DNA from: Patescibacteria group bacterium
GTDB lineage: Bacteria > Patescibacteriota > Patescibacteriia > UBA9934 > GWF2-40-263
Direction of reading: 5' to 3'
Assembly (NCBI GenBank): GCA_041661745.1
Contig: JBAZTR010000005.1
Coordinates: forward strand, 3,283 to 67,282
DNA: 64,000 nucleotides
Shown here: positions 42,384-51,621 of the stretch, in pieces
How positions within the stretch are numbered: position 1 is the stretch's first letter
Layout of the letters: the number at the start of each line of letters is the position of its first letter
Notes under the pieces: generated by a model
What the model was told of the DNA's origin: nothing
Database searches by the model: none
The model's input: only the letters and a program-made list of their open reading frames with translations
Translations under genes and position numbers: made by a program

Positions 42384-43721
42384 CTAAACAATGAGCGGCA
42401 ACCTTTCCAATTCGCTCTGACGACGTCCCAAAACAATTTCTTCAATGCGATAAGTACCGTGCGTTGGAGCTTCAATATAACCGCTCCAGGCCATGCGGGC
42501 TAAACCACCGGAGTTAATCCAGTCAAACAGCCATTCGTCGGTATAACGCGGGTCGTCTTGAGCCACGCCGCCACCGACATAGCGAAGCCACAAGCGATTG
42601 AACTCTTCTTGACTGCCAATTGGCGGCGCCATAACTAAAGCTAAACCTAAACCGGTATAGAAAGAAAGTTCACTTGGTTTAGTCCAAAGAATATCGGTGT
42701 TTTTAAGAATTTCGGTAAAGCCGTCAAAATATTTGGCCCGTGAATCAAAGGTTGGAATATAAAGTCCGTCGCCCTGGTGTTGTTTAAGGCCAATTTCCTC
42801 GGCTGCCTCACGATAATACTTAGCCACGTCGTGTCTGGTTCCGGCAATCAAGTTTAAACGAATTTCATCTTTTAAAATATGCTTCTTTAAACTTTTTAAA
42901 ACTTGCACGCCAAGCGCCTTTTGTGCCCCGGCTCCGCCGACTGAATAAGTTATGGTTAAAGGATGATTAGGACGGCGGCGTAAGCGATTCCAACCAAACT
43001 CTTTTAACAAAACATTTTTATAACGTGAACGGAAAATGTTTTTCGGATCAAGGTTAACCAAACGCTCGGCTAATAAATCTTTAAGTGCCCCGGATTTGGA
43101 ACCGCCAATTAATTCCTTAGGCAAAGGAAAACCAGTGAGAAAAATATTCTCCTCACGCACACCGTAAAGTTTTAAGCGTTCAACCACCCGACCGTTGCTA
43201 GCAAAATATTTAATCCGCGACTTTTGGGGATTAAGCGGGGCCCAAGTCCGCGAAATATCAGCGTCGCAAGTAACACAATAAATTTCCCCGGGGTAATCAA
43301 AATGTTCAGCCGCGAAAGCCGGCAAAAAGAAAGTGGTAACTAAAGGCAGTGGATTTTTAGCCAAGGTTTCAACAAGATCACGCCCCATTTCGTGTTTTTG
43401 GATATACCGATAGAGCTGTTTTAATTGTAGGTTTGGTTCAGATAAGTCTCGTCGCGGATAAAAAGACGGGATTTCCTGTAAATAATCCATGGCCTCAAAC
43501 AAAAACTTTCCAAACAACGGAATTGGTTTAAGACGAGAAATGGTTTCGTATAATTCGCGACTTTGCCGCCAAAGTTTTTTATCCTCGGTTGGTATGCCCC
43601 GATATTCATTGGCGGAAATTACTTCACCGCCCGAAAGATCACGGAGCGGCCAGGCGGCTCGCGAATGACCGTAACCCATGTTTACATCAACAACGTGAGC
43701 TTTTTTTGTTTCGGTTTTCAT
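42384..43721 (-). CDS. GT-B glycosyltransferase-like protein (MGDG synthase/UgtP-like)
   Basis: MGYGHSRAA, VTCDAD, TGFPL, TKPSEL, PIGSQEEFN. Confidence 0.7.
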   Translation of the reverse strand: MKTETKKAHVVDVNMGYGHSRAAWPLRDLSGGEVISANEYRGIPTEDKKLWRQSRELYETISRLKPIPLFGKFLFEAMDYLQEIPSFYPRRDLSEPNLQLKQLYRYIQKHEMGRDLVETLAKNPLPLVTTFFLPAFAAEHFDYPGEIYCVTCDADISRTWAPLNPQKSRIKYFASNGRVVERLKLYGVREENIFLTGFPLPKELIGGSKSGALKDLLAERLVNLDPKNIFRSRYKNVLLKEFGWNRLRRRPNHPLTITYSVGGAGAQKALGVQVLKSLKKHILKDEIRLNLIAGTRHDVAKYYREAAEEIGLKQHQGDGLYIPTFDSRAKYFDGFTEILKNTDILWTKPSELSFYTGLGLALVMAPPIGSQEEFNRLWLRYVGGGVAQDDPRYTDEWLFDWINSGGLARMAWSGYIEAPTHGTYRIEEIVLGRRQSELERLPLIV

Positions 43722-43724
43722 ATT

Positions 43725-44438
43725 TTAAAAAATCGTTCTTTCTTTTGAGTTCTTAATCAAGGCGTAAGCTTCTTCGGCCGTATCAACAACAGTGAAGAGT
43801 TTGGTGTCATTGACATCAATGGCGTCAAACTTTTCGCAAACATCTTTTTTGATCCAATTGACCAGCGGATCCCAAAACTCGTGGCCTAAACAAATCATGG
43901 GAACCTTTTGCGCTTTTCCGGTTTGAATTAACATGACCATTTCAAAAAATTCATCAAGCGTGCCAAAACCACCGGGGCAAAAAACATAAGCCTGAGCCGA
44001 AGCGGCCATCATGACTTTTCGGGTGAAAAAATAATAGAAAGCCCGACCTTCTTTAACATAATCATTCATGCGCTGTTTGGTTGGCAATTGAATATTTAAA
44101 CCAATTGATTGTCCGCCGGCTTCAAAAGCCCCCTTGTTGGCGGCTTCCATAATTCCCGGACCACCACCGGTAATGACGGCAAATTTATTTTTAGCCAAAA
44201 GTCGACCCAGTTTTTCGGTTTCCTTATACCAACGATTATTTTTATCAAGCCGTGCTGAACCAAAAATTGTCACCTCGCGTGAAGTTTCCGACAAAAACTG
44301 AAAACCTTCAACAAATTCGGCCATAATGCGAAAAACGCGCCAAGGAATGTCGGCCATGGTCGCCGGCGGCCGGCCGTCGTTCATAGCATCGGGAAAACGA
44401 CAGGTGTTGTCATTATTTTTTTGTTTCTTTGTCGCCAT
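43725..44438 (-). CDS. LOG family protein (TIGR00730)
   Basis: FGSAR, TGGGPGIMEA, PGGFGTLDE. Confidence 0.93.
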   Translation of the reverse strand: MATKKQKNNDNTCRFPDAMNDGRPPATMADIPWRVFRIMAEFVEGFQFLSETSREVTIFGSARLDKNNRWYKETEKLGRLLAKNKFAVITGGGPGIMEAANKGAFEAGGQSIGLNIQLPTKQRMNDYVKEGRAFYYFFTRKVMMAASAQAYVFCPGGFGTLDEFFEMVMLIQTGKAQKVPMICLGHEFWDPLVNWIKKDVCEKFDAIDVNDTKLFTVVDTAEEAYALIKNSKERTIF

Positions 44439-44450
44439 AATTTCTATTTT

Positions 44451-45032
44451 TTAAATTTTTAAGAATTGATGAAGAATTTTATCGGCAGCCGCGGCCACTT
44501 CGGGAAACGGCGGTGATCCATCTATAATAGCATCGGCCGACGATCGATACGGTGTTATGAACTGCCGCGCGGCCGGCACCACTACCCGCCAATGATATTC
44601 CGTGTCGTAACCGGGCTGGCGAAGCAATCGCCGGCGCAAAGCTTCTTCTTCGGAAACTTCGAGCCACAAACGAAGATCAAACAAGTTTCGAATTCGCTCA
44701 TCGGAAAAAAGCATTATTCCTTCGGCAAAAATTATCGGGAAAGGGGTAAAAATTGTTTTTCCAACGCGTCGACTTTCTTTACGACTGTAAAGTGGCGACC
44801 AGATTTCGTTTCCCTTCTTTAATTCCACCAATGCCTCATAAGCCTCATCAAGATGAAAACTTTCAGGAATGTCCCAATGCGGCCGGTTTTCAACTCTTGG
44901 ACATTCGTCTTCGTCCTTATAAAAATCATCGAAACGAAAACGCTTGACTCCACCCTGGCTTTCTAAATGCTGAGCCAAAGTTGATTTGCCTGCCCCAGAG
45001 AAACCGGCTAGTCCGACAAGAAATGGAATCAT
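44451..45032 (-). CDS. Uridine kinase family protein
   Basis: GFSGAGKST, DDFYK, WDIPES, EGI, RRLLR. Confidence 0.85.
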   Translation of the reverse strand: MIPFLVGLAGFSGAGKSTLAQHLESQGGVKRFRFDDFYKDEDECPRVENRPHWDIPESFHLDEAYEALVELKKGNEIWSPLYSRKESRRVGKTIFTPFPIIFAEGIMLFSDERIRNLFDLRLWLEVSEEEALRRRLLRQPGYDTEYHWRVVVPAARQFITPYRSSADAIIDGSPPFPEVAAAADKILHQFLKI

Positions 45033-45038
45033 AAACGT

Positions 45039-45470
45039 TTACTTCCTCCGATATTTTCCAATAAGTTCGGCTTTCCCCAACATGTTTTGTTCCATAACGG
45101 AAACAAAATTTTCCTTAGTGATATTTTCCACGTGTCCAGTCTTCAGGGCATACACAGTAAAAACGTAATGGTGGGTACCTTTCATGGGACAAGGCCCGCC
45201 ATAGCCGCGACCAGAAAAATCGTTTTTTAAATCATCACCACCGGTTTTTCCACCTTGCGAAATTTCTCGCGTCATCGCTGGAACATTAACGACTAACCAA
45301 TGCAAAAAGTTTCCCGAAGGCGAATCAGGGTCAAAACAGGATAAAGCAAAACTTTTCGTGCCCTCGGGAACATCGCTCCACTCCAAATGTGGCGAGACAT
45401 TGGCCCCATCACAAGTATGCAGAGCCGGGATAGCACCATCGGGTTTAATATCAACACTTTCTAAAATCAT
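45039..45470 (-). CDS. YbhB/YbcL (PEBP) family protein
   Basis: DPDSP...HW, GYGGPCP, HHYVFTVYAL. Confidence 0.92.
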   Translation of the reverse strand: MILESVDIKPDGAIPALHTCDGANVSPHLEWSDVPEGTKSFALSCFDPDSPSGNFLHWLVVNVPAMTREISQGGKTGGDDLKNDFSGRGYGGPCPMKGTHHYVFTVYALKTGHVENITKENFVSVMEQNMLGKAELIGKYRRK

Positions 45471-45513
45471 AGCGACTTTATTGTACCTTGTTGGACAGGG
45501 TGTGTTCAATAGC

Positions 45514-46035
45514 AATCCTCCACCCCAACCCTCCCCCAATAGGGGAGGGAGAACCAGTTTCAGAGGAAGGACTAAACTAAAGATTTTCCTTTATTTTCTT
45601 GACTACTGCTTCTGGATTATCCAAAACTTCTTCGTTCTTAAAGTGCAGAATCTTAAAACCCAAACCTTTTAAGTCTTCACTTCGGATTAAATCGTATTCG
45701 GCAATATCTTTCTTTAAATGAATCTTTCCATCTAATTCAATGACTAATTTTTTGCTTCGACAACAAAAATCAACAATATATCTGCCAATACCAACTTGCC
45801 GATAAAAAATAGCCCCCAGCTCTTTACGACGCAAATACTGCCAAAGAACAACTTCGGCGTCGGTTTGGTTATTTCTTAAAACTCTCCGAGTTTCTTTAAG
45901 CTTACTAGAATTAAAAACCTGTTTGTCGGACATAATATTAATCCTCCTCCCCATCCCTCCCCCAATGGGGGAGGGAGAGCTGATTTCAGACGCCGGTCTT
46001 CCCCTCCCTTTGGGAGGGGATAAGAGAGGAAGGAT
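45514..46035. repeat. 51-bp palindromic direct repeats flanking DUF559 gene
   Basis: 45514-45564 vs 45940-45990: 44/51 identical; extra cccctccc-ttt-gggagggg near 46000-46020. Confidence 0.8.
45577..45933 (-). CDS. DUF559/Vsr-like endonuclease
   Basis: TDAEVVLWQYLR, FYRQ, YIVDF, VIELDGKIH. Confidence 0.9.
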   Translation of the reverse strand: MSDKQVFNSSKLKETRRVLRNNQTDAEVVLWQYLRRKELGAIFYRQVGIGRYIVDFCCRSKKLVIELDGKIHLKKDIAEYDLIRSEDLKGLGFKILHFKNEEVLDNPEAVVKKIKENL

Positions 46036-47163
46036 TTAAAATTCTTCCTCAATGGCCTGAATTAAGGTTTTCATCCCCAGGCCCTTCTCGGCCGAAACAA
46101 AGACCGGGTTATAGGTTTTCCATCTTTTAGCAATAGTACTGAAATCTGTTTTTGAACAAAGGTCGATTTTGTTAAAAACGTAAAGTTTGGGCGTTTTTTC
46201 CACACCCAATTCACACAAAACTTTTTCCACCACGGCTATTTTGAAACGCATCATGGGGTCGGAAACATCAATAACATGGAGCAGTAGATCAGATTCGACA
46301 GCTTCGGACAAAGTTGATTTGAAAGCATGAAGAAGTTCGGGTGGAAGATTTTTAATAAAACCAATAGTGTCGGAAACCAAGGCCTGTTCGTGGCGCTCGG
46401 GTAAATACAATTGACCAACGCGGGTGTCGAGAGTGGCAAAAAGTTTATTAGCCACGTATTCATGGCGGCCGGTAAGGGTATTCAAAAGCGAAGTTTTACC
46501 GGCATTGGTATAACCAACAACCGAAATCGTTTTTAAACCGCGACGCCGACGATCTTGACGATGTCCGGCCCGAACGTTTTCGTATTGCTTAATTTTTTCG
46601 ACAATAGTACGTTCGCGTTCTTTTAAGTGGCGCTTCATGCGTTCGATGTTGGTTTCGCCAATACCGCTGGTACCAATACCGCCACCTTGGCGCGATAATT
46701 CTAGCCCCATGCGAAAAATGCGCGGCCCCATGTGGCGAATGCCGGCCAATTCGATTTCCAATCGCGCTTCAGTGGTTTGAGCGTGTTTGGCAAAAATTTT
46801 CAAAATCAAATCCAGCCGGTCCCAAACCTCTACCCCGGCTGGTTTTAAAATTTCCTGGAGTTCGTACATTTGCCTGGGCTTTAGACGGTCGTTGACAATC
46901 AAAAATTTGGCGCCCAAGGTTCGACCCTCGTCGCTTAATTCGGCAGCCTTGCCCGGACCAATGAAAGTGCGTGGATGCGGGGCAAAACGCCGTTGATATT
47001 TTTTAACAATTACCAAACCGCCGAAAGTGTTAACCAACTCTTCCAGCTCACGCAAACGCTCCTCACTCTGCGCCGCCCGCATGCGCGGGTGAATCAGATC
47101 GATAAGAATGGCCTTTCCGGCGAAGCCGGATCCGGCTCCGCCGGATTTCTTTTCTGGAGTCAT
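46036..47163 (-). CDS. hflX: GTPase HflX
   Basis: GYTNAGKTS, LFATLD, DTIGFI, NKID. Confidence 0.95.
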   Translation of the reverse strand: MTPEKKSGGAGSGFAGKAILIDLIHPRMRAAQSEERLRELEELVNTFGGLVIVKKYQRRFAPHPRTFIGPGKAAELSDEGRTLGAKFLIVNDRLKPRQMYELQEILKPAGVEVWDRLDLILKIFAKHAQTTEARLEIELAGIRHMGPRIFRMGLELSRQGGGIGTSGIGETNIERMKRHLKERERTIVEKIKQYENVRAGHRQDRRRRGLKTISVVGYTNAGKTSLLNTLTGRHEYVANKLFATLDTRVGQLYLPERHEQALVSDTIGFIKNLPPELLHAFKSTLSEAVESDLLLHVIDVSDPMMRFKIAVVEKVLCELGVEKTPKLYVFNKIDLCSKTDFSTIAKRWKTYNPVFVSAEKGLGMKTLIQAIEEEF

Positions 47164-47283
47164 GGCTCCATGATATCACATTGACAATTATAGATAATTA
47201 TACTAATATTCTCTTCCTTGCCATTCAGGGTCTGGCTGGGATTTGTTCTCTTAACAACGACCCTATACAACACAGGTGAATAA

Positions 47284-48132
47284 ATGCGAGGCAACGCCGC
47301 GGCCCTCAAGAAACTCGTTCCCACCGTCTTCGCCGACAGCAAGGTCCGGTTCGACGAGAACACCGGCGAGCCCATCCTGGTCGTCAGGATCGTGAAGAAG
47401 GTCACCACCCAGCTCGCGAGGGAGATCAGGGTTCTGGTCATCACGACCGAGCCCGAACTCAACACCAAGGGCATGGCCGAGAAGCTCAACTCCTTCGCCT
47501 TCGACGACGAGAAGATCTACGAGCTCCACTTCGACCGGGACGGCCTCAAGACCTGCCTGGTCGATGACGTGGTCGTCGAGGCCACCAAGAACCCGGGGCT
47601 CCGGGAATTCCTCTCGCACTACTTCCACAACTGCTGCACCGCGGTCAGCGACCTCGACAAGACGCTGGGACGCCTCCCCTCGGTGGAGCAGCTCACCGGG
47701 GACATCGAACGCGAAGTCGAGCCGCGACTCGTGGAAGCCTTCACCAAGGGCAACCCGGTCGCCTTCGTCACCGGCCCGACCAACATCGTGCCGATCTGCC
47801 CCTGCAAGGCAACGATGCTCGACCCCTTGTTCCTCGACGTCCTCGGCATGGTCGGCGGCGAGGAGCTCAAGACCCTCAACAAGAAGCGAGCCGAGCTCGA
47901 GGCGATGGCCCGGGACAAGGCGACTCTCGTTACCATCGTCCCTGTGGAGTGCCGCAACATCTTCTTCAACCTCGCCGCCACGATCATCGTCGCAGCGATC
48001 GAGGCCCTGCTCCCGGACATCGTCCAGGCCGAGCAGGACAAGATCGCGGTCAACGCGGGGGCGGCCATCGCGGCCCTCCACGACGCACGGCGCGCGACCG
48101 CCGAGGCCAGCACCGACATGACCGAGGCCTAG
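47284..48132 (+). CDS. Hypothetical protein; GC-rich cassette 5
   Basis: 34 of codons 4-39 end in G/C; promoter TTGACA(47181)-17-TAATAT; paralog of next gene. Confidence 0.78.
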   Translation: MRGNAAALKKLVPTVFADSKVRFDENTGEPILVVRIVKKVTTQLAREIRVLVITTEPELNTKGMAEKLNSFAFDDEKIYELHFDRDGLKTCLVDDVVVEATKNPGLREFLSHYFHNCCTAVSDLDKTLGRLPSVEQLTGDIEREVEPRLVEAFTKGNPVAFVTGPTNIVPICPCKATMLDPLFLDVLGMVGGEELKTLNKKRAELEAMARDKATLVTIVPVECRNIFFNLAATIIVAAIEALLPDIVQAEQDKIAVNAGAAIAALHDARRATAEASTDMTEA

Positions 48133-48340
48133 CCCAGGCCCACGTTCCCGCTTCTTCAGAAGAAGCCACGGCAACTCTTGCCGCGCGCTCTATGGAGAAG
48201 TGGTTTTTTATTTTAGAAAACAACAACGCGGCGTTGACAAGGCCGGGGAAATATTATAATCTTTTCCTCCTGCCATAAGGGGTCTGGCGTGGGTTGTTCC
48301 TAAAAATTTGACTGACCCCAACCTTTGTTCGGAGGTTCCC

Positions 48341-49072
48341 GTGCTAACTTCCCTAGCGTCGCTCGTTGCTCTCGTCCCGGAGGTCTTCACCAACCTCGGG
48401 ATCACCTTCGATCCCGAGACCAACGCGCCTCTCCTGGTCGTCAAGATCGTGAAGCGGGACGGTGTCCTGACTCTCACGACCGAACCCGAATTCGACACCA
48501 AGGGCATGACCGAGAAGCTCGACCCCACATCCTTCGAGGAGGGAGTCGTCTACGAACTCCAGTTCGGCCCGAAAGAAATGGGAATCTACTCAGTCGACGG
48601 CGTGGTCACCAACTCCAGTATCAACCCCGGTCTCCAAGAACTGGGCGTGCACCTCTACTACCACGGCTGTTGCGCGGCCGGCGACCTCGACAAAACACTG
48701 AGATGTCTCCCGTCGGTTGAGAATCTCACCGAGAGTCTCGGCGTCAGCGTCGAGAGATACCTCATGAAGGCCCTCAACGAGAACGACACGGATGCCTTCG
48801 TCACCGGACCGATCGGCAACTGGGCGATCTTCGAGAAGGAGGCAGTGGACGGGGATATGGAGGCTATCACCATCCCCATCCCACTGGAGCGCGAGAACAT
48901 GTTCTACAGCCTCGCAGTCACGATCCTCGTCGCGGTGTTCGAAGCTTTGTTTCCAGACATCGTCCGAGCGCAGCAGATGGCCATCATAGACAGGACCGAG
49001 AGGATCCTCGTGGCCGCGCGGAAGAAGCTCTGCCCGCATCCGCCGGACGACACACCGTACCGCGTCAGATGA
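48341..49072 (+). CDS. Hypothetical protein; GC-rich cassette 6 (paralog of cassette 5)
   Basis: Shared TTEPE..TKGM.EKL, YEL.F, NPGL.E, DLDKTL..LPSVE.LT, AFVTGP; GGAGG before GTG 48341; terminator GCCTCCC/GGGAGGC-TTTT. Confidence 0.78.
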   Translation: MLTSLASLVALVPEVFTNLGITFDPETNAPLLVVKIVKRDGVLTLTTEPEFDTKGMTEKLDPTSFEEGVVYELQFGPKEMGIYSVDGVVTNSSINPGLQELGVHLYYHGCCAAGDLDKTLRCLPSVENLTESLGVSVERYLMKALNENDTDAFVTGPIGNWAIFEKEAVDGDMEAITIPIPLERENMFYSLAVTILVAVFEALFPDIVRAQQMAIIDRTERILVAARKKLCPHPPDDTPYRVR

Positions 49073-49162
49073 GCGGCTCCCGACCGCGTGTTCGGCACCC
49101 TCGCCTCCCCCAAACTCGGGAGGCTTTTAAAAAACCAAAAAATAAGGCACAATAGCACCGTT

Positions 49163-50227
49163 ATGAATAAAACTCGCCACGAACAGTTTTCCGAATTATT
49201 TCCCAATGAACCAAAATATCGCTGGAAGCAAGTCGAGTTAGCTTTGTTTCAAGAAAAAAATCACGGTTGGAATGACGCCACTTCCCTGCCCGCGGCTATG
49301 CGGGCCAGCTTGGCGGAAAAAATTTCTTGGCTATCTTTTGAAAAAGTAACCGAGGTGGCCGAACAAGACGGTTCGGTTAGGAAGGTCTTACTTGAAGCCG
49401 AAGATGGCAGCCGGATTGAATCGGTTTTAATGCAAAATAAATCCGGAAAATATTCGGTTTGTGTTTCGACTCAAGTTGGTTGTGCCATGGGCTGTGCTTT
49501 TTGTTCAACTGGCAAACTTGGTTTGAAACGAAGTTTAACGGCCGATGAAATTGTTGATCAACTACGCTATTGGCAGTTGTCACAAAATCCAATCACTATT
49601 CCCGCCCCGAACGGCGACACTGAAGGAAAAGAAATAATTACCAATATTGTTTTGATGGGTATGGGCGAACCCATGAACAATTACGAAAATGTTCGCGAAG
49701 CTTTAAATACAATTCTTGCCAACACTGGCATTGGCCCCACCCACATCACCGTGTCTTCGGCCGGCGTGCTGCCGCGCCTTAAAAAGATTTTGGAAGATAA
49801 AGAATGGCCACCGGTGTGTATTGCTATTTCTCTTCACAGTGCTGATCCGATTATCAGAAAAAAAATCATGCCTTCGTCTAGCCCAAACTTTTTACCAGAG
49901 CTCTACGAATGGGCCGAGGAATATTTAAGTAAATTCGGCAATCGCAGCCACTATCTGACTTTTGAATACATAATGCTGGACGGCGTAAACGATAGTGTCG
50001 AGGATGCTAAAAAACTGGCGGCTTATGCCAAGCCACTCAGTCACGCCAAAATAAATTTGATTCCCTACAACGACGCGGCTGGCGAATTCCAAACCAGTTC
50101 ACAAGAAAAAATCTTCGCCTTCATGGAAGTTTTACAAGATGCCGGACTTGATGTAACGCGCCGACAGTCACTAGGTGGATCGATTAAAGCGGCTTGCGGA
50201 CAGTTGGCCGCTGGGGTTGTTCGCTAA
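49163..50227 (+). CDS. rlmN: 23S rRNA m2A2503 radical SAM methyltransferase
   Basis: CVSTQVGCAMGCAFC, MGMGEP, SLH, NLIPYN, AACGQL. Confidence 0.95.
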   Translation: MNKTRHEQFSELFPNEPKYRWKQVELALFQEKNHGWNDATSLPAAMRASLAEKISWLSFEKVTEVAEQDGSVRKVLLEAEDGSRIESVLMQNKSGKYSVCVSTQVGCAMGCAFCSTGKLGLKRSLTADEIVDQLRYWQLSQNPITIPAPNGDTEGKEIITNIVLMGMGEPMNNYENVREALNTILANTGIGPTHITVSSAGVLPRLKKILEDKEWPPVCIAISLHSADPIIRKKIMPSSSPNFLPELYEWAEEYLSKFGNRSHYLTFEYIMLDGVNDSVEDAKKLAAYAKPLSHAKINLIPYNDAAGEFQTSSQEKIFAFMEVLQDAGLDVTRRQSLGGSIKAACGQLAAGVVR

Positions 50228-50289
50228 GAAATCTGATATAATAAGACAGTCCCCACCGTAGCTCGTCTCGAGCGAAGGGGGACTGTTTT

Positions 50290-51621
50290 ATGAAATTCGC
50301 AAAAAAAATGGAGCCTGTATCCTCAAGCGACATCCGTCCGAAGTCGAGCTTAGCTCGACGAAGGCGGATAAAAAATCTTTTTAAAATCATTGGCCCGGGT
50401 TTTATTACCGGTGCCTCTGACGATGACCCGTCGGGCATTGCCACTTATTCGCAATCCGGCGCGCGTTTTGGTTACACTCAACTCTGGACAGCTCTCTTTA
50501 CCACCCCGTTCATGATCGTTATTCAAGAAATGTGCGGACGAATAGGAATGGTTAAGGGTCGTGGCCTGGCTTTAGCCATTAAGGAACGTTATGGCCGAAA
50601 GATTCTTTTCCCGATTGTTTTGCTTTTGGTTATTGCCAACACTATCAATATCGGTGCCGACCTTGGAGCTATGGCCGCCTCGGCGCAGTTGATTATTGGC
50701 TTACCGTTTATTTTTCTGTTAATTGGCATGACTATTTTGACTTTAGTTTTAGAAATTTTTGTCAGTTACAAAGTCTATGCCAAATATTTAAAATATCTCG
50801 CCTTGTCCCTGTTCGCTTACGTTATTGTCGTCTTTATCGTTAAGCAAGATTGGAACGCCATTGCTGTCGCAACTTTTATTCCAAAGATAAGTTTTAATCA
50901 AGATTATCTGATGGCTATTGTCGCCATCCTTGGCACCACTATTTCCCCTTATCTTTTCTTTTGGCAATCAAACGAGGAGGTGGAAGAAGAAGTGGCTGAC
51001 GGAAAACTCAAGTCCATGGATCATGGTACGCCCAAAGTAACCTCAATCGACATTCGCCGCATGCGCTGGGACACGATTATTGGTATGATTTTTTCCAACT
51101 TAATCATGTTTTTTATTATCGCTACGGCCGCTTCAACACTTTTTGCCAACGGAATTACCAATGTTGAAACCGCCGAGCAAGCCGCTTTGGCCTTGCGCCC
51201 CTTGGCCGGAAACTTTGCTTCCCTGCTCTTTCTTATTGGCATTATGGGCGTCGGCCTCTTAGGCGTGCCAGTTCTGGCCGGTTCAGCTTCATATGCCGTG
51301 GCCGAATTATTTGGTTGGAAATCCGGTTTGTATCGAAAATTCAAAGCCGCTCACGGCTTTTATGGCATTATAACTCTGGCTACTTTGGTTGGCCTTTTAG
51401 TAAACTTTCTCGGTATTCAATCATTTACCATGCTTTATTATGCGGCCATTATTAATGGAATCGTTGCCCCAATTCTAATGGTGGCAATAGTCATGTTGGC
51501 TGGTGATAAAAAAACAATGGGAAAATTTGCCAGTCCCAAAGTTTTATCAATCGCCGGTTGGTTAATTACGGCCTTTATGGCCGCGGCGGCCGGTTTGTTA
51601 ATTTACAGTTTACTCACATAA
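50290..51621 (+). CDS. NRAMP-family divalent metal transporter
   Basis: GPGFITGASDDDPSGIATY, QEMCGR, GTTISPYLFFWQ; start 50290 or 50308. Confidence 0.9.
   Translation: MKFAKKMEPVSSSDIRPKSSLARRRRIKNLFKIIGPGFITGASDDDPSGIATYSQSGARFGYTQLWTALFTTPFMIVIQEMCGRIGMVKGRGLALAIKERYGRKILFPIVLLLVIANTINIGADLGAMAASAQLIIGLPFIFLLIGMTILTLVLEIFVSYKVYAKYLKYLALSLFAYVIVVFIVKQDWNAIAVATFIPKISFNQDYLMAIVAILGTTISPYLFFWQSNEEVEEEVADGKLKSMDHGTPKVTSIDIRRMRWDTIIGMIFSNLIMFFIIATAASTLFANGITNVETAEQAALALRPLAGNFASLLFLIGIMGVGLLGVPVLAGSASYAVAELFGWKSGLYRKFKAAHGFYGIITLATLVGLLVNFLGIQSFTMLYYAAIINGIVAPILMVAIVMLAGDKKTMGKFASPKVLSIAGWLITAFMAAAAGLLIYSLLT

Noticed and set aside
47263-49039. Antisense and alternate-frame ORFs over cassettes 5 and 6
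   Set aside because: Paralog conservation is in the + frames 47284 and 48341; the others are stop-poor shadows.
7640-49130. Integron cassette array explanation for the GC-rich genes
   Set aside because: The genes are dispersed, have their own promoters, lack GTTRRRY/RYYYAAC attC ends, and no intI is present.
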